Assembly (NCBI RefSeq): GCF_006345805.1
Contig: NW_021825712.1
Coordinates: 1 to 14,827 of the forward strand
Reading direction: 5' to 3'
Source of the DNA: Octopus sinensis
Lineage: Eukaryota
DNA: 14,827 nt
Under the pieces are notes generated by a model. It ran no database searches, had not been told where the DNA came from, and was given only the letters and a program-made list of their open reading frames with translations. The position numbers and the translations under genes are program-made. Of the stretch, positions 1 through 10,610 are shown one piece after another (positions within the stretch are counted from its first letter, which is position 1; every line of letters begins with the position of its first letter).

Positions 1-235
1 CAAGACAGCAGCAGGTTTTGGGTTTTAGCAAAAAAAACTTATCGAAAAACCTTTTGTCATTACGAGAAAGTCTTGTCGAAGTATGTCCAACACAACCGGA
101 AACGGAACATACATTGAGTAGTGGTGGTGGTGGTGGTGGAGCTGGTGTAGGTGGGGAACAGGCGAGCAGGGTTGGTTGGGGTGTTTGAGAGACGCGTACG
201 TTGATCGGGGGAGTAGAGTGAGGGAAGGAGGGATT

Positions 236-920
236 GGGAGAGAATGGGAGGGGACTAGAGGTGAGGAGAGAGCAATAGAGCGAGCGAGAGGGAAATAGAG
301 AAAAATGAGTGAGGGTCGGAGGATATGATGGAAGAAGAGAGACGATGAGAGAGTATGAGAGTGATTGAGAGGAGAAGAGAGAGATTAAGAGATTGAGAGA
401 GAATGGGAGGGGACTAGAGATGAGGAGAGGGTAATAGGGCGAGCGGGAGGGAAATAGAGAAAATGAGTGAGGGAGGGAGGGAGGATATGATGGAAGAAGG
501 GAGACGATGAGAGATTATGGGAGTGATGAAGAGGAGAAGAGAGAGATTAAGAGATTGAGAGAGAATGGGAGGAGACTAGAGATGAGGAGAGGGTAATAGG
601 GCGAGCGAGAGGGAAATAGAGAAAATGAGTGAGGGAAGGAGGATATGAGGGAAGAAGAGAGACGATAGAGATTATGAGAGTGATTGAAGAGGAGAGAGAG
701 ATTAAGAGATTGAGAGAGAATGGGAGGGGACTAGAGATGAGGAGAGGTATAGGGCGAGCGAGGCGGGAGGGAATGGGAGAGGATGATGAGAAAATGAGTG
801 AGGGGCGGATGAATGAGAAGAAGAGACGATGAGAGAATGAAGTGATTGAGAGGAGAAGAGAGATTTATAGATTGAGAGAGAGATTAATAGATTGAGAGAG
901 AGAGAGGAGAGAGAGAGAGA
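236..920. repeat. GA-rich (polypurine) minisatellite, ~4 copies of a ~155-162 bp unit
   Basis: The anchor GAATGGGAGG(G/A)GACTAGAG starts at 242, 401, 563 and 718, each followed by conserved GCGAGCG, GAAAATGAGTGAGGG and GAGACGAT blocks. The plus strand has very few C. Confidence 0.9.
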
Positions 921-1671
921 GAATAGATACAGAAGTAGGCGGAGGACTTGGAAAGTGGAGCTGTAGCATTAGAAGACTGGAGGTGACATACGCAACTGAG
1001 AGAGAGAGAGAAGGGGGAATGGAGAGAATAGAGATGAAGAAGACGTGAAAGGAGGAATGGGAAGAGTGGAAATATAGTGGGGGAAATTTTGGAGGTAATG
1101 TGACTGAGAGAAAGATAGAAAGATCGAAAGACAGAATTAGAGAATTAGAGAAACTGGGTGGTGGGGGAGGAAAGGTAAATGTGAGATAGGTGTAGTAGGC
1201 TTATGTATATATGACAATGTATGTATAAGTGTGTGTGTGTGTAGAGAGGGAGATTATGTATAGAGAGAAAGGATCGTATAACTCTAGATGCATCTGTGTG
1301 TGCTAATGGATTTATGTATGTATGGATGGATGGTTGTTTTTAAGCCGAGTGGAGCAAATGATAAAGTTCGCTTTGTAATCACAAGATGCCGATTGAATAC
1401 ATGGCACTTCAGTGACATCTTGCAAAAAATTTTATTCTCTTCAGCCTCTGTTGGTTCCGTAATTCCTGAGTCAAATTGTAAAAACGGAAACTGTACAGAA
1501 GCTCACCCATTGAATTCTCCTTGAAATTAGAAGCAAAAAATACAGCATAGTCCGTGTGTGTATGAATGTGTGTGTCTCTGTCCTTTTATCCCTCTCTCAA
1601 ACACATACATTTTTACTCTCTCTGTCTCTCTTTCTCTCTCTCTTCACACACACACACACGTTCTCACGAAG

Positions 1672-1680
1672 ATTCTGCAA
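1672..1680 (+). CDS. Possible 9-nt microexon (phase 1-1) of the astacin-like gene
   Basis: A long CT tract (about 1575-1645) is followed by ...CACGAAG|ATTCTGCAA|GTAAGT, a perfect donor at 1681. It is frame-compatible with 2159-2227 but cannot be verified without transcripts. Confidence 0.2.
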
Positions 1681-1724
1681 GTAAGTTTACGTTCAAATCC
1701 CACGCGTCTGTTGTAGAATGCATC

Positions 1725-2135
1725 CTCTTTTAATTGTTTCAGTCATTTCACTGTGGCCATGCTAGAGCACCGCATTTAGTCGAGCACATCGAACGCAGGA
1801 CATATTCTTTGTAAGCCAAGTACTTATTCGATCGCTCTCTTTTGCGGAACCACTAAGTTACGAGGAGGTAAAATCACCACCATCGGTTGTCAAGCGATGT
1901 TGGGCGGACAAACATATACACACAAACACACACACACACGCACACACACATACATATACAGATACATATATACGACGGGCTTCTTTCAGTTTCCGTCAAC
2001 CAATTCTACTTACAAGGCTTCGGTTGGGCCGAGGCTATAGTAGAAGACACTTGCCCAAGGTGGTATGCAGTGGGACTGAACCCGAAACCATGTAGTTCGT
2101 AAGCAAGCTACTTACCACACCGCCACTCCTACGCA
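1725..2135 (-). mobile_element. Near full-length tRNA-derived SINE with CORE-like block and internal (CA/TA) microsatellite (octopus-type)
   Basis: Minus strand: A-box-like TGGCGGTGTGG (2115-2125), B-box-like GGTTCAGTCCC (2072-2082), CORE-like CCTTGGGCAAGT (2049-2060), and tail GCGGTGCTCTAGCATGGCCACAGTGAAATGACTGAAACAATTAAAAGAG. Related pieces occur at 4405-4492, 10797-10968 and 11722-11850. Confidence 0.85.
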
Positions 2136-2158
2136 CCGTAGATTATGGGTTTATGCAG

Positions 2159-2227
2159 GAGCAAGTAATTCATTTGACCTTAATTCTGAATCCTCATCGC
2201 CAAGCGATAAATACAGCATGTGTTTAG
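2159..2227 (+). CDS. Candidate coding exon (phase 1-1; ASNSFDLNSESSSPSDKYSMCL) upstream of the astacin-like exons
   Basis: TTTATGCAG| acceptor and TAG|GTATAT donor; 69 nt; open only in the frame that joins 5091-5155. No recognisable motif. Confidence 0.3.
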   Translation, partial: EQVIHLTLILNPHRQAINTACV

Positions 2228-2228
2228 G

Positions 2229-2271
<43 letters not shown>

Positions 2272-2429
2272 AGTATAAAATTAACGTGGGTAGCTGGAGG
2301 CAATGGTAATCGTATAGTCAAAAGTTCGTCGTCGCTAATTGTAACTGAATGTACCAAAAGAACCGATATTACTAGAAATAAGAGTTAAACTACTTGTAGC
2401 ACCTCAAAAACTCATTGATATATGCTGAC

Positions 2430-2760
2430 AGGCAAACTTGGGTACCAAACCGTTAATCCGTTAATCGTTAATTAACGAAATTAATATTTTCATTAAGGAT
2501 TTAACTTTTAAATTTTCTTTGGAAAACATTATCGGACTAACGTCCGCCATGTTTAGCTTACGTTACACTTATTAGTAAACTTCCGTTACATTTATCAGTA
2601 AAGTTTTTTTAGTTTGATACTAATGTTGTATCACATTTTAATATTCTTACTCTTTTCTGGATTTAAAATCTTTTAATAAACGTAAATAAGGGCCCAAACT
2701 ATGAAATCAGCCATTTTTCTATGTCGTTCAAAAGTTAAAACTATAAAATCAACCATTTTT
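2430..2760. mobile_element. Possible end of a non-autonomous DNA transposon (subterminal CGTTAAT repeats)
   Basis: CCGTTAATCCGTTAATCGTTAATTAACGAA cluster at 2450-2479, further (C)GTTAC motifs, and a 23-bp direct repeat (2696-2718 / 2738-2760, 2 mismatches). No second TIR found. Confidence 0.35.
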
Positions 2761-2764
2761 AAAA

Positions 2765-3075
2765 CTCTATGAGCCAGGCGTGACTCGAGAAGGAACAATC
2801 AATTCCAAATTGGATCATTCACGAACAGAGCGGAATGAATGATGTGATTACAGAATTCTGAAAGCACAACTTCCGCTGTGCCAGACATATCGCGAGGCTA
2901 ACAGACATCAGAAGGACTTGTACAGTTCCCGAGCGGTATGTAACAGATCGGAGAAAATGTCATTCGGAAGACATCCACGACAGATGAGCAGACTAATTAG
3001 TTAAGCAATTTGAGTGGAAATGGAAAATAGCACATTCAAGATAGAATTAGAAGCGCATCGTGACCAACGGTGTGA
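2765..3075 (+). mobile_element. Decayed RTE-clade LINE, ORF C-terminal fragment
   Basis: The frame from 2811 reads WIIHEQSGMNDVITEF*KHNFRCARHIARLTDIRRTCTVPERYVTDRRK, then frameshifts to GRHPR. This matches the RTE C-terminal pattern K-x-R-W-A-G-H-I-A-R...D-x-R-W-T...W-x-P...GRP-x-x-RW. Confidence 0.8.
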
Positions 3076-3298
3076 TAATATATCAAATGAGCTGGTCCAT
3101 TCTGTGATTCTGTGAATTTCATGTATGATATCGGTGATATCGAAACTGTCATTTTAGTGGGTTATATCAGTGAAAAATTGCCCCTTTTACGCTATATCAT
3201 ATAGTCTTCATTTTATTATATTTTGATCTCAAAGATAGATTTTTAGATATGTTTTACAGTCTAATTGATTACGTCTGTGCCATTAAACTTATACTTGA

Positions 3299-3372
3299 TT
3301 TTTATTATTATTATTGATTATCATTATTATCATTATTATCATTATCAGTTATTATCATTAATATTATTATTA

Positions 3373-3409
<37 letters not shown>

Positions 3410-3822
3410 CATTATTAATATTATTAATATCATTATTATTATTATTATTATTATTACCATTATATTATTATTATTATTATTAATATCATTATTATTATTA
3501 TTATTAATATCATTATTATTATTATTAATATCATTATTATTATCCTTATTATTATTATTATCATTATTATTTTTATTATTATTAATATCATTATCATAAT
3601 CATCATCATTGTAATCATTATTATTATTATCATTGTTATCATTATTATCATTATTATTATTATTATCATTATTATTATTATTATTATTATTATCATTATT
3701 ATAATTATTATTATTATTATTATTGTAGTTGTTGTTATGCTTATTTTTATCATTATTATTATTATTGTAGTTGTTGTTATTGTTATTATTATCATTATTA
3801 TTATCATTATCATTATTACTAC

Positions 3823-3873
<51 letters not shown>

Positions 3874-3916
3874 CATTAATAATATTATTATTATCATTAT
3901 TATCATTATTATTATT
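3299..3916. repeat. (ATT)n microsatellite with ATC/GTT interruptions, ~620 bp
   Basis: Directly visible; the source of the poly-I/L/N ORFs. Confidence 0.97.
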
Positions 3917-4404
3917 GCGGAGGCAGATGGGGGAGGTCCTGAGATATTCTTTATGATTGTAGAACATACTGTTGTTCGATGTAGTCTAACGTAGGAAGAA
4001 AAAAAAAAGATGGGAAAAAATTAACAATAGATTTATTACAACGTGTTCTGATAGATTTCACTTTGTTTAAAAAATATGGCAAATGTAAAGTAATATCAAT
4101 TGTTGAACTTTCTTATACATCACGCTCATAAATGTCATATCAGAATCTCGACATGTTGTATTTTTATGAATTTTCAAACAAATTAACGTCCCTCTCTCTA
4201 CGGATATTAGCGACTATTGAATAATAGATTTAGATGAAAGAAAGAGCTAAAATGCAGATATACAAGAATCATCGATCATAAGTGCAGATGTACGAATGTA
4301 TGAAATGACACACACATTTACATACATATGAATTTACATATATATACATATACATACACGCACACACAAGTATATATATATACACACACACACACATATA
4401 AGTT

Positions 4405-4492
4405 ATGGGGTCGATTTACTCGACTATAGGCGGTGCTCCAGCATGGCTATAGCCAAATACCTAAAAGACGTAAAAGCGATAAAGAATAAATG
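4405..4492 (+). mobile_element. 3' fragment of the same SINE type as 1725-2135
   Basis: TGGGGTCGATTTACTCGACTATAGGCGGTGCTCCAGCATGGC... matches the reverse complement of about 1725-1800. Confidence 0.75.
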
Positions 4493-4541
<49 letters not shown>

Positions 4542-4554
4542 TAGATATATATAT

Positions 4555-4614
<60 letters not shown>

Positions 4615-4615
4615 G

Positions 4616-4697
<82 letters not shown>

Positions 4698-4703
4698 TGA
4701 TAG
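4493..4703. repeat. Compound (TA)n(GA)n(GATA)n microsatellite
   Basis: Directly visible; the (GATA)n run spans about 4557-4696. Confidence 0.97.
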
Positions 4704-4721
4704 ATCGCTAGACAATACATA

Positions 4722-4888
4722 TTCTTTATTTTCTTTCCTTTCTTCTGTTCTTTCTGTGTCCCTTTCTGTAGAAGAGCGTAGGCTCGAAACGTAAAATACT
4801 TTTTCAATTCCTGAGCGTTATACTAATACTTCTGTTTGTTTTGTACACCACCTGTCTTCGTCTTTGTTGTTCTTTTGTGAATTCTCCC
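4722..4888 (+). mobile_element. Interspersed repeat, probable Penelope-like terminal repeat with hammerhead-like motif (copy 1)
   Basis: Shares TCTGTnGAAGAGCGTAGGCTCGAAACGTnAAA, GCGTTAnACTAATAC and CACCTGTCTTC with 14633-14795. Flanked by microsatellites. Confidence 0.65.
4762..4797 (+). ncRNA. Atypical minimal type I hammerhead ribozyme-like motif
   Basis: CUUU-CUGUAGA-A-GAGC(GUAG)GCUC-GAAAC-GUA-AAAU, with a palindromic ACGU helix III. The core has U in place of A6. Confidence 0.45.
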
Positions 4889-4895
4889 TATATAC

Positions 4896-4961
<66 letters not shown>

Positions 4962-4995
4962 CATATATATATATAATATATATAATATATATAAT

Positions 4996-5026
<31 letters not shown>

Positions 5027-5035
5027 ATATATATA

Positions 5036-5078
<43 letters not shown>
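4889..5078. repeat. (TA)n microsatellite
   Basis: Directly visible. Confidence 0.97.
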
Positions 5079-5090
5079 TTAAATATGTAG

Positions 5091-5155
5091 CAAATACAAT
5101 GAACAATTACAAGGACGATACAGAGGCTGCAATCCGACAAGCTTTAGCAAATATG
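5091..5155 (+). CDS. Candidate exon of a divergent astacin-like (M12A) metalloprotease-domain protein (NTMNNYKDDTEAAIRQALANM)
   Basis: TATGTAG| acceptor and ATG|GTGTGT donor; a complex-sequence island between microsatellites. The phase-0 end joins 10374 to give AAIRQALANMSKKICL, with the same spacing as astacin SAILSGMQELEEKTCI (recalled). Confidence 0.55.
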
Positions 5156-5546
5156 GTGTGTAAATATGTGTGAGTGAGTGTGTGTGTGTGTGTGCGTGAC
5201 TGTTTGTGTGTGTGTGTGTGCGATTATGTGTTTCTGTATGAGTGCGTGCAGGTAATCGTAAAGACAATACAGAGAGAGAAATATAAAATCCTGAAACACC
5301 ATTATAAGCACGATGTGAAGAGTTTAAATGAGATCAGTATATTGACTCATGGGGTAGAAGCCAATTTAGGTAATGAAAAATTCTAACAAAATGTAAGTTT
5401 CCCCGGATACGGTGCAGATGCAATACGAAATCATAAAGATAATCTGTACACACGATAAAGAGATAGTCAAACACAGGCACACAATTTACCTACCCGTGTC
5501 CGTCTCTCCATAACTACACTTCCCTCCCTATCTCTGTTACTCTCTC

Positions 5547-5697
5547 TATATATATATATATATGCGTGTATATATATATATACTTAGATAAATTATATGC
5601 GTATATATGTACACATATATATGTATATATATCTTCTCATATTATATGTATATATATATGTATATATATGTATATATATGCATATATATATACATAT

Positions 5698-5759
<62 letters not shown>

Positions 5760-5847
5760 GCATGTATGTATATATATGTACAGATATATATGTATGTATG
5801 TATATATATAAACATGTTTATACGTACACGTATATACATATATGTAT
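5547..5847. repeat. Degenerate (TA)n/(TATG) microsatellite
   Basis: Directly visible. Confidence 0.95.
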
Positions 5848-6075
5848 AAACAACCAGTTCGTTATCTTAGATATGATATCAATACAACTATTGAGTACAT
5901 GTAAAAGACTGCCCGTGTATTTGTATATACCGTAACCCATGTATACAAAACTCAGTTCGAGGTAATCGTGATTTCAGTAAGGGGCCTTTGAAAATGAGTC
6001 TGTACTATAATTCCTGCATTGAGTACGATTTTCTCATATTTATTATGCATATGTGTCATGATGTTTGTAGGTATG

Positions 6076-6078
<3 letters not shown>

Positions 6079-6147
<69 letters not shown>
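6079..6147. repeat. (TATC)n microsatellite, 5' flank of the LINE
   Basis: About 17 perfect TATC units abut the LINE sequence directly. Confidence 0.97.
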
Positions 6148-6875
6148 GTCCAGAGGCCGAAGAAGGGCGAATGGCACCGCGAGTGTCGCGTTGCTCTCAA
6201 GCAACTCTGCCGTCCTGGGTCGACCTTGAGTGACTTCAACACAACCAAAGCATTCTATAGGGGTTTAGTGGAGGGGAAGTACGACGACGAGCTCGGGGCG
6301 AACCTGGACGTCGACGAGGAGTACTTGACCCGCCTGTTCAGGACGACTTTCGGGCCAAGGCCCATGGACAACTTCCAGAGATCCCTGGCCTGGCAGTGCT
6401 ACCGAGAAGCGCTACCCGTTCGGGATAAGCCCTACAGACACGGCTCGAGAAACACGGGGCCGACCTGCCCGAGATGCGGTCAGAGCGACGAAACCGTTCT
6501 GCACGCACTCCAACAATTTCCGACCTGTGGGCTTATGTCGAACAACTGCTGTCACGTGTGGGACGAGTCGGTTTATCAGCTGAGTCTATCGTCAATATTG
6601 TCACGCCTCCCTCCTTCAAACGGTAAGGAAGAGCTATTTTCATCATCCTTGTGGCTATGGCGAAAGAATGTATCTGGTGGACGCGTCTGAAAGGATTGGA
6701 GACAAACACTTTCCTCTCTGGTCAATCTCTCATCAACTTCTTCAAGTACCACTTGAAAAGGAAAGTGAGAGTAGAGAGGCAAGTTTTGTCTAGCGAATGT
6801 TTTAAAAAAAGATGGGTGAATGTAGCAAGAATGGCACGTATGAATGACGAAGCCACCTTGAGCATGATCCTATGA
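6148..6875 (+). pseudogene. Disrupted LINE ORF2 C-terminus
   Basis: A frameshifting deletion near 6510 removes the last Cys of the CCHC motif, and there is an in-frame TAA at 6624-6626. Confidence 0.85.
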
Positions 6876-7236
6876 ACCCAGAAATTGAAAACAGAGAGTT
6901 GCTTATTCGCAAAAAAAAGAAAGAAATATAACATGTGAATCCATTGACCGAGGTTACCGTGGTCTTTTCCGTAGGCTTTTCTTTCCACGGGTAAACCTCA
7001 CCTGTCCTCCCCTTTACACTTCATATTGACATTTCTGTGATAACGATCCCTATTGATCAATTTTTTTTTCTCTCCCCCTTTTTTTTAACCCCCCTTTTTT
7101 TTGTCCTCTTTCTCTCCTTTTACGATCCCTTTTGATCGAAACTCCCCCTTCCTTTTTTTTTTAAACCTTCAAATGAAAAGCTCTACCTTGTAATTTGTTC
7201 TATCTGTGTGCAGCCCTGTGTGGCTAATAAAGAAAC
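6148..7236 (+). mobile_element. 5'-truncated L1/Tx1-clade non-LTR retrotransposon, copy 1 (ORF2 C-terminus with zf-RVT, plus 3' UTR)
   Basis: TKAFYRGL...LAWQCYREALPVRDKPYRHG...CPRCGQSDETVLHAL fits the zf-RVT / CCHC-knuckle pattern of L1/Tx1 ORF2. It continues in another frame as PTISDLWAYVEQLL...AMAKECIWWTR...FKKRW, with a stop at 6873-6875. The pyrimidine-rich 3' UTR ends AATAAAGAAAC. Confidence 0.88.
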
Positions 7237-7241
7237 ATATC

Positions 7242-7272
<31 letters not shown>

Positions 7273-7309
7273 CTATATATATATATATATATATATATAT
7301 AGATATATA
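7237..7309. repeat. (ATCT)n-(TA)n spacer between the two LINE copies
   Basis: Directly visible. Confidence 0.95.
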
Positions 7310-7785
7310 TTGAAGAGGAAAGTAAGAGGAGAAAGGCAAGTTTTGTCTAGTGAATGTTTTAAAAAAAGATGGGTGAATGTAGCAAGGATGGCACGTATGA
7401 ATGACGAAGCCACCTTGACTATGATTCTATGAACCATAAAAATTAATACAGAGAGTTGCTTATTTGCAAAAAAAAAGAAATATAACATGTGACTTCATTG
7501 ACCGAGGTTACCGTGGTCTTTTTCGTAGGCTTTTCTTTCCACGGGTAAACCTCACCTGTCCTCCCCTTTACACTCCATATTGACATTTCTGTGATAACGA
7601 TCCCTATTATTCATTTTTTTGTCCCCCCCTTTTTTTAACCCCTCCCTTTTTTTGTCCTTTTTCTTTCCTTTTACGATCCTTTTTGATCGAAAACCACCAC
7701 TCTTTTTTTTTTTACCCATAAAAGAAAAGCTCTACCTTGTAATTTGTTCTATCTGTGTGCAGCCCTGTGTGGCTAATAAAGAAAC
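7310..7785 (+). mobile_element. More strongly 5'-truncated copy 2 of the same L1/Tx1-type LINE
   Basis: Aligns to 6753-7236: last 40 codons (LKRKVR...MIL*) plus the full 3' UTR, with the identical end GCAGCCCTGTGTGGCTAATAAAGAAAC|ATATCT. Confidence 0.9.
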
Positions 7786-7788
7786 ATA

Positions 7789-7837
<49 letters not shown>

Positions 7838-7843
7838 ATCTAC

Positions 7844-7874
<31 letters not shown>

Positions 7875-7955
7875 ACTAACTATCTATCTATCTAACTATC
7901 TATCTATCTATCTATCTATCTATTTAACTATCTATTAACCTATCCGTCTATCTGT
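7786..7955. repeat. (TA)n then degenerate (TATC)n microsatellite, 3' flank of the LINE pair
   Basis: Directly visible. Confidence 0.95.
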
Positions 7956-8794
7956 ATTTCTACCCATAAGAATATATGTCTATATATGTAGAGAGTGAAA
8001 CAAAGAGAAATACAGAGATACGGGTGCGGTAGTGCTACAAGTCTATGAAAGAAAATCACCCATACAGAAAATAGAAGAACAGAAAATACACAAGAAAAAA
8101 ACACGATATAAAAATTGTAACAATGGAAGTTAACGGGAAAGAGGTAAGTGGGGAGGGTGGGAGACTCTACGGGATAAAAAATAGGAGAAAGAAAGATGGT
8201 GATCAAATATATAGTGTCGGAAGTGAGAGATTACTGGAGAAGGAAAGAAATAGGAAATAAAGTTGTCCACCATTTTGAGAGTACGTGCGTTAAGACCGAA
8301 GATAAGAAGCAGACATTTTACTTTCATCCTTATTCCGTTGTCTTTATTTTAATAAGAAATAAGCCGTCAATAGTTATTCAAAAAGAATCATGAAAACAGT
8401 TCGTTAAAGTGTTCTTATAATAGTGGTAGTGAGGGAGATGCTGCAGGTGTTTGTGTCGGCGTTGGCGCTGGTGTTTGTTGGTAGTGTTGGCGTTAAGTAT
8501 TCCGAAATCGGTGCACTGACGAATGTAAAATAAATAGGAGTCGGGTTCAAGAAGTGTTTCTAACTCCTTTTGATGTTCTCGCAGGGAATTATTTCAATAA
8601 AGCTTTCCTACTAAACTAATGCTTCCTCTTTTTTCTTTCATCTGAAACGAAATACGTAGTCATACGTATACATGCACATACTTAAGTATAAACACATATA
8701 AACCCACAGCTCAGACACTCACCTACACTTACACAAACACAATTACCCAGACACGTAACTACGCAAACATACACACATATCGCACACAATTGAA

Positions 8795-8808
8795 TAAATA
8801 TATATAGT

Positions 8809-8868
<60 letters not shown>

Positions 8869-8956
8869 CATACATATAAGCATCTACATGTATACATATA
8901 TATGTGTGTGTATATATATATATATATATGCGTGTATATATATATGTATTTATACG

Positions 8957-8987
<31 letters not shown>

Positions 8988-9069
8988 TTATATGTCTATG
9001 AATATTATTTGTTCATGTATATGTATATATACATATATGTGCATATATATGTCTGCATATATATGTATA

Positions 9070-9136
<67 letters not shown>

Positions 9137-9289
9137 CATTTATACATATATTCATATAAATATACTTCTACATACATATATGTACAGCATATGTATATAC
9201 ATATATATTATGTATATATATATATATATATCTATATATAATATATGTAAATGTGTATATATATATATCTATATATATATATATGTAAA

Positions 9290-9321
<32 letters not shown>

Positions 9322-9352
9322 AATATATATATATATATATATATACATATGC
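8795..9352. repeat. Degenerate (TA)n microsatellite tract
   Basis: Directly visible. Confidence 0.95.
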
Positions 9353-9594
9353 ATCTAGACATAAATATGTGTGTTCGGCTGTGGATGCGTGAGTCTATTG
9401 ACTTATACACGAAAACAATATAGTCATGTAAGAATTCGCGAATGTGGTGTGTGTTTATAAGTTTCGGTGTTAGTATGATAGTTCGCGCGCGCGCCTGTGT
9501 ATAACTACGTTATTTATTTCTTTTGTGCAAATACAAACACCGCTGTAACAGACATACGCATGAAAGGAACATAGCTCCATTTTGAGCCCGATTG

Positions 9595-9922
<328 letters not shown>

Positions 9923-10373
9923 GCAAACGTTTACGTCTGATAAACTGACAAATAAAGTAGGAGGAAAGATTATGGCGTATACCATATTGGTTTGGAAAAC
10001 AATGTACTTTATTAGCACCTGTCTTTCTCTATCGAGTGTTTGCAAGACTAATAGACATAGATATACCGAATATAAAGCGTATTAATTCTTCCCTGCAGCG
10101 GTTCATCAGACTCTCCGACGCGGCACTGAAGTGAAGATTTATTGTTAGCTGGGTGTTTTAAGGCTTCGTACAAAACATACTGGAATTACACATATAAAAG
10201 TAAAGTAGGTTACTTAGTAGTGTGTCAGCCTAATTTATAACTGCTTTGTAAGTAGTGAGTCTTTGTTATTGGTTGGTGAAGTGAGCCTTGTAAGACGTTT
10301 TTGAACATCAGTCTGCAAACCGTAAAATGGTCCGTCAGAAGACGCCCGTTCTTTGTTATTTTCATATCGGTAG

Positions 10374-10420
10374 TCGAAGAAAATATGTTTACATTCTTAT
10401 CTAACTTCCAGCGAGGCATT
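10374..10420 (+). CDS. Candidate exon of the astacin-like gene (SKKICLHSYLTSSEAL; phase 0-2)
   Basis: Pyrimidine-rich acceptor CTTTGTTATTTTCATATCGGTAG| and donor |GTAAGA. Supplies the K-x-C-(I/L) motif. Confidence 0.55.
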
Positions 10421-10475
10421 GTAAGATTTAATATTTTTTTCACATCATATTTATGCTTCATTTTACATGAAATAG

Positions 10476-10610
10476 ACATCGATCAATCAATGATGTACCA
10501 CACCCTCAAAATACATATATTCAAATTTCTCAATCCACTAATGAGGCTAGTCTAAGTTATGCCTGGTTAATAGGACCTAATGTACGCTATTTGTTGGGGA
10601 AGAAAGCTCG
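10476..10610 (+). CDS. Candidate exon of the astacin-like gene (HRSINDVPHPQNTYIQISQSTNEASLSYAWLIGPNVRYLLGKKAR; phase 2-2)
   Basis: TTTTACATGAAATAG| acceptor and CG|GTATGT donor; 135 nt, fully open. YIQI...SLSYAWLIG aligns with astacin YVEI...CWSYVGRIS (recalled). Confidence 0.6.

Noticed and set aside
629-832. 67-aa R/E/G-rich ORF
   Set aside because: It is a translation of the GA minisatellite, and unit indels do not preserve frame.
1445-1524. Acceptor-like TTTATTCTCTTCAG followed by SVGSVIPESNCKNGNC...
   Set aside because: It could be an upstream exon, but there is no convincing donor or recognisable motif.
2060-2135. tRNA gene
   Set aside because: A- and B-box-like motifs are present, but they belong to a SINE head without a proper cloverleaf.
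3265-3994. Poly-N, poly-I and poly-L ORFs
   Set aside because: Artefacts of the (ATT)n microsatellite.
6019-6690. 223-aa ORF as an intact gene
   Set aside because: Its N-terminus is microsatellite and its C-terminus after about 6510 is out of frame; it is a broken LINE fragment.
8370-8600. Minus-strand open stretch NSLREHQKELETLLEPDSYLFYIRQC...
   Set aside because: No start or compatible splice site and no recognised homology; possibly a decayed repeat.
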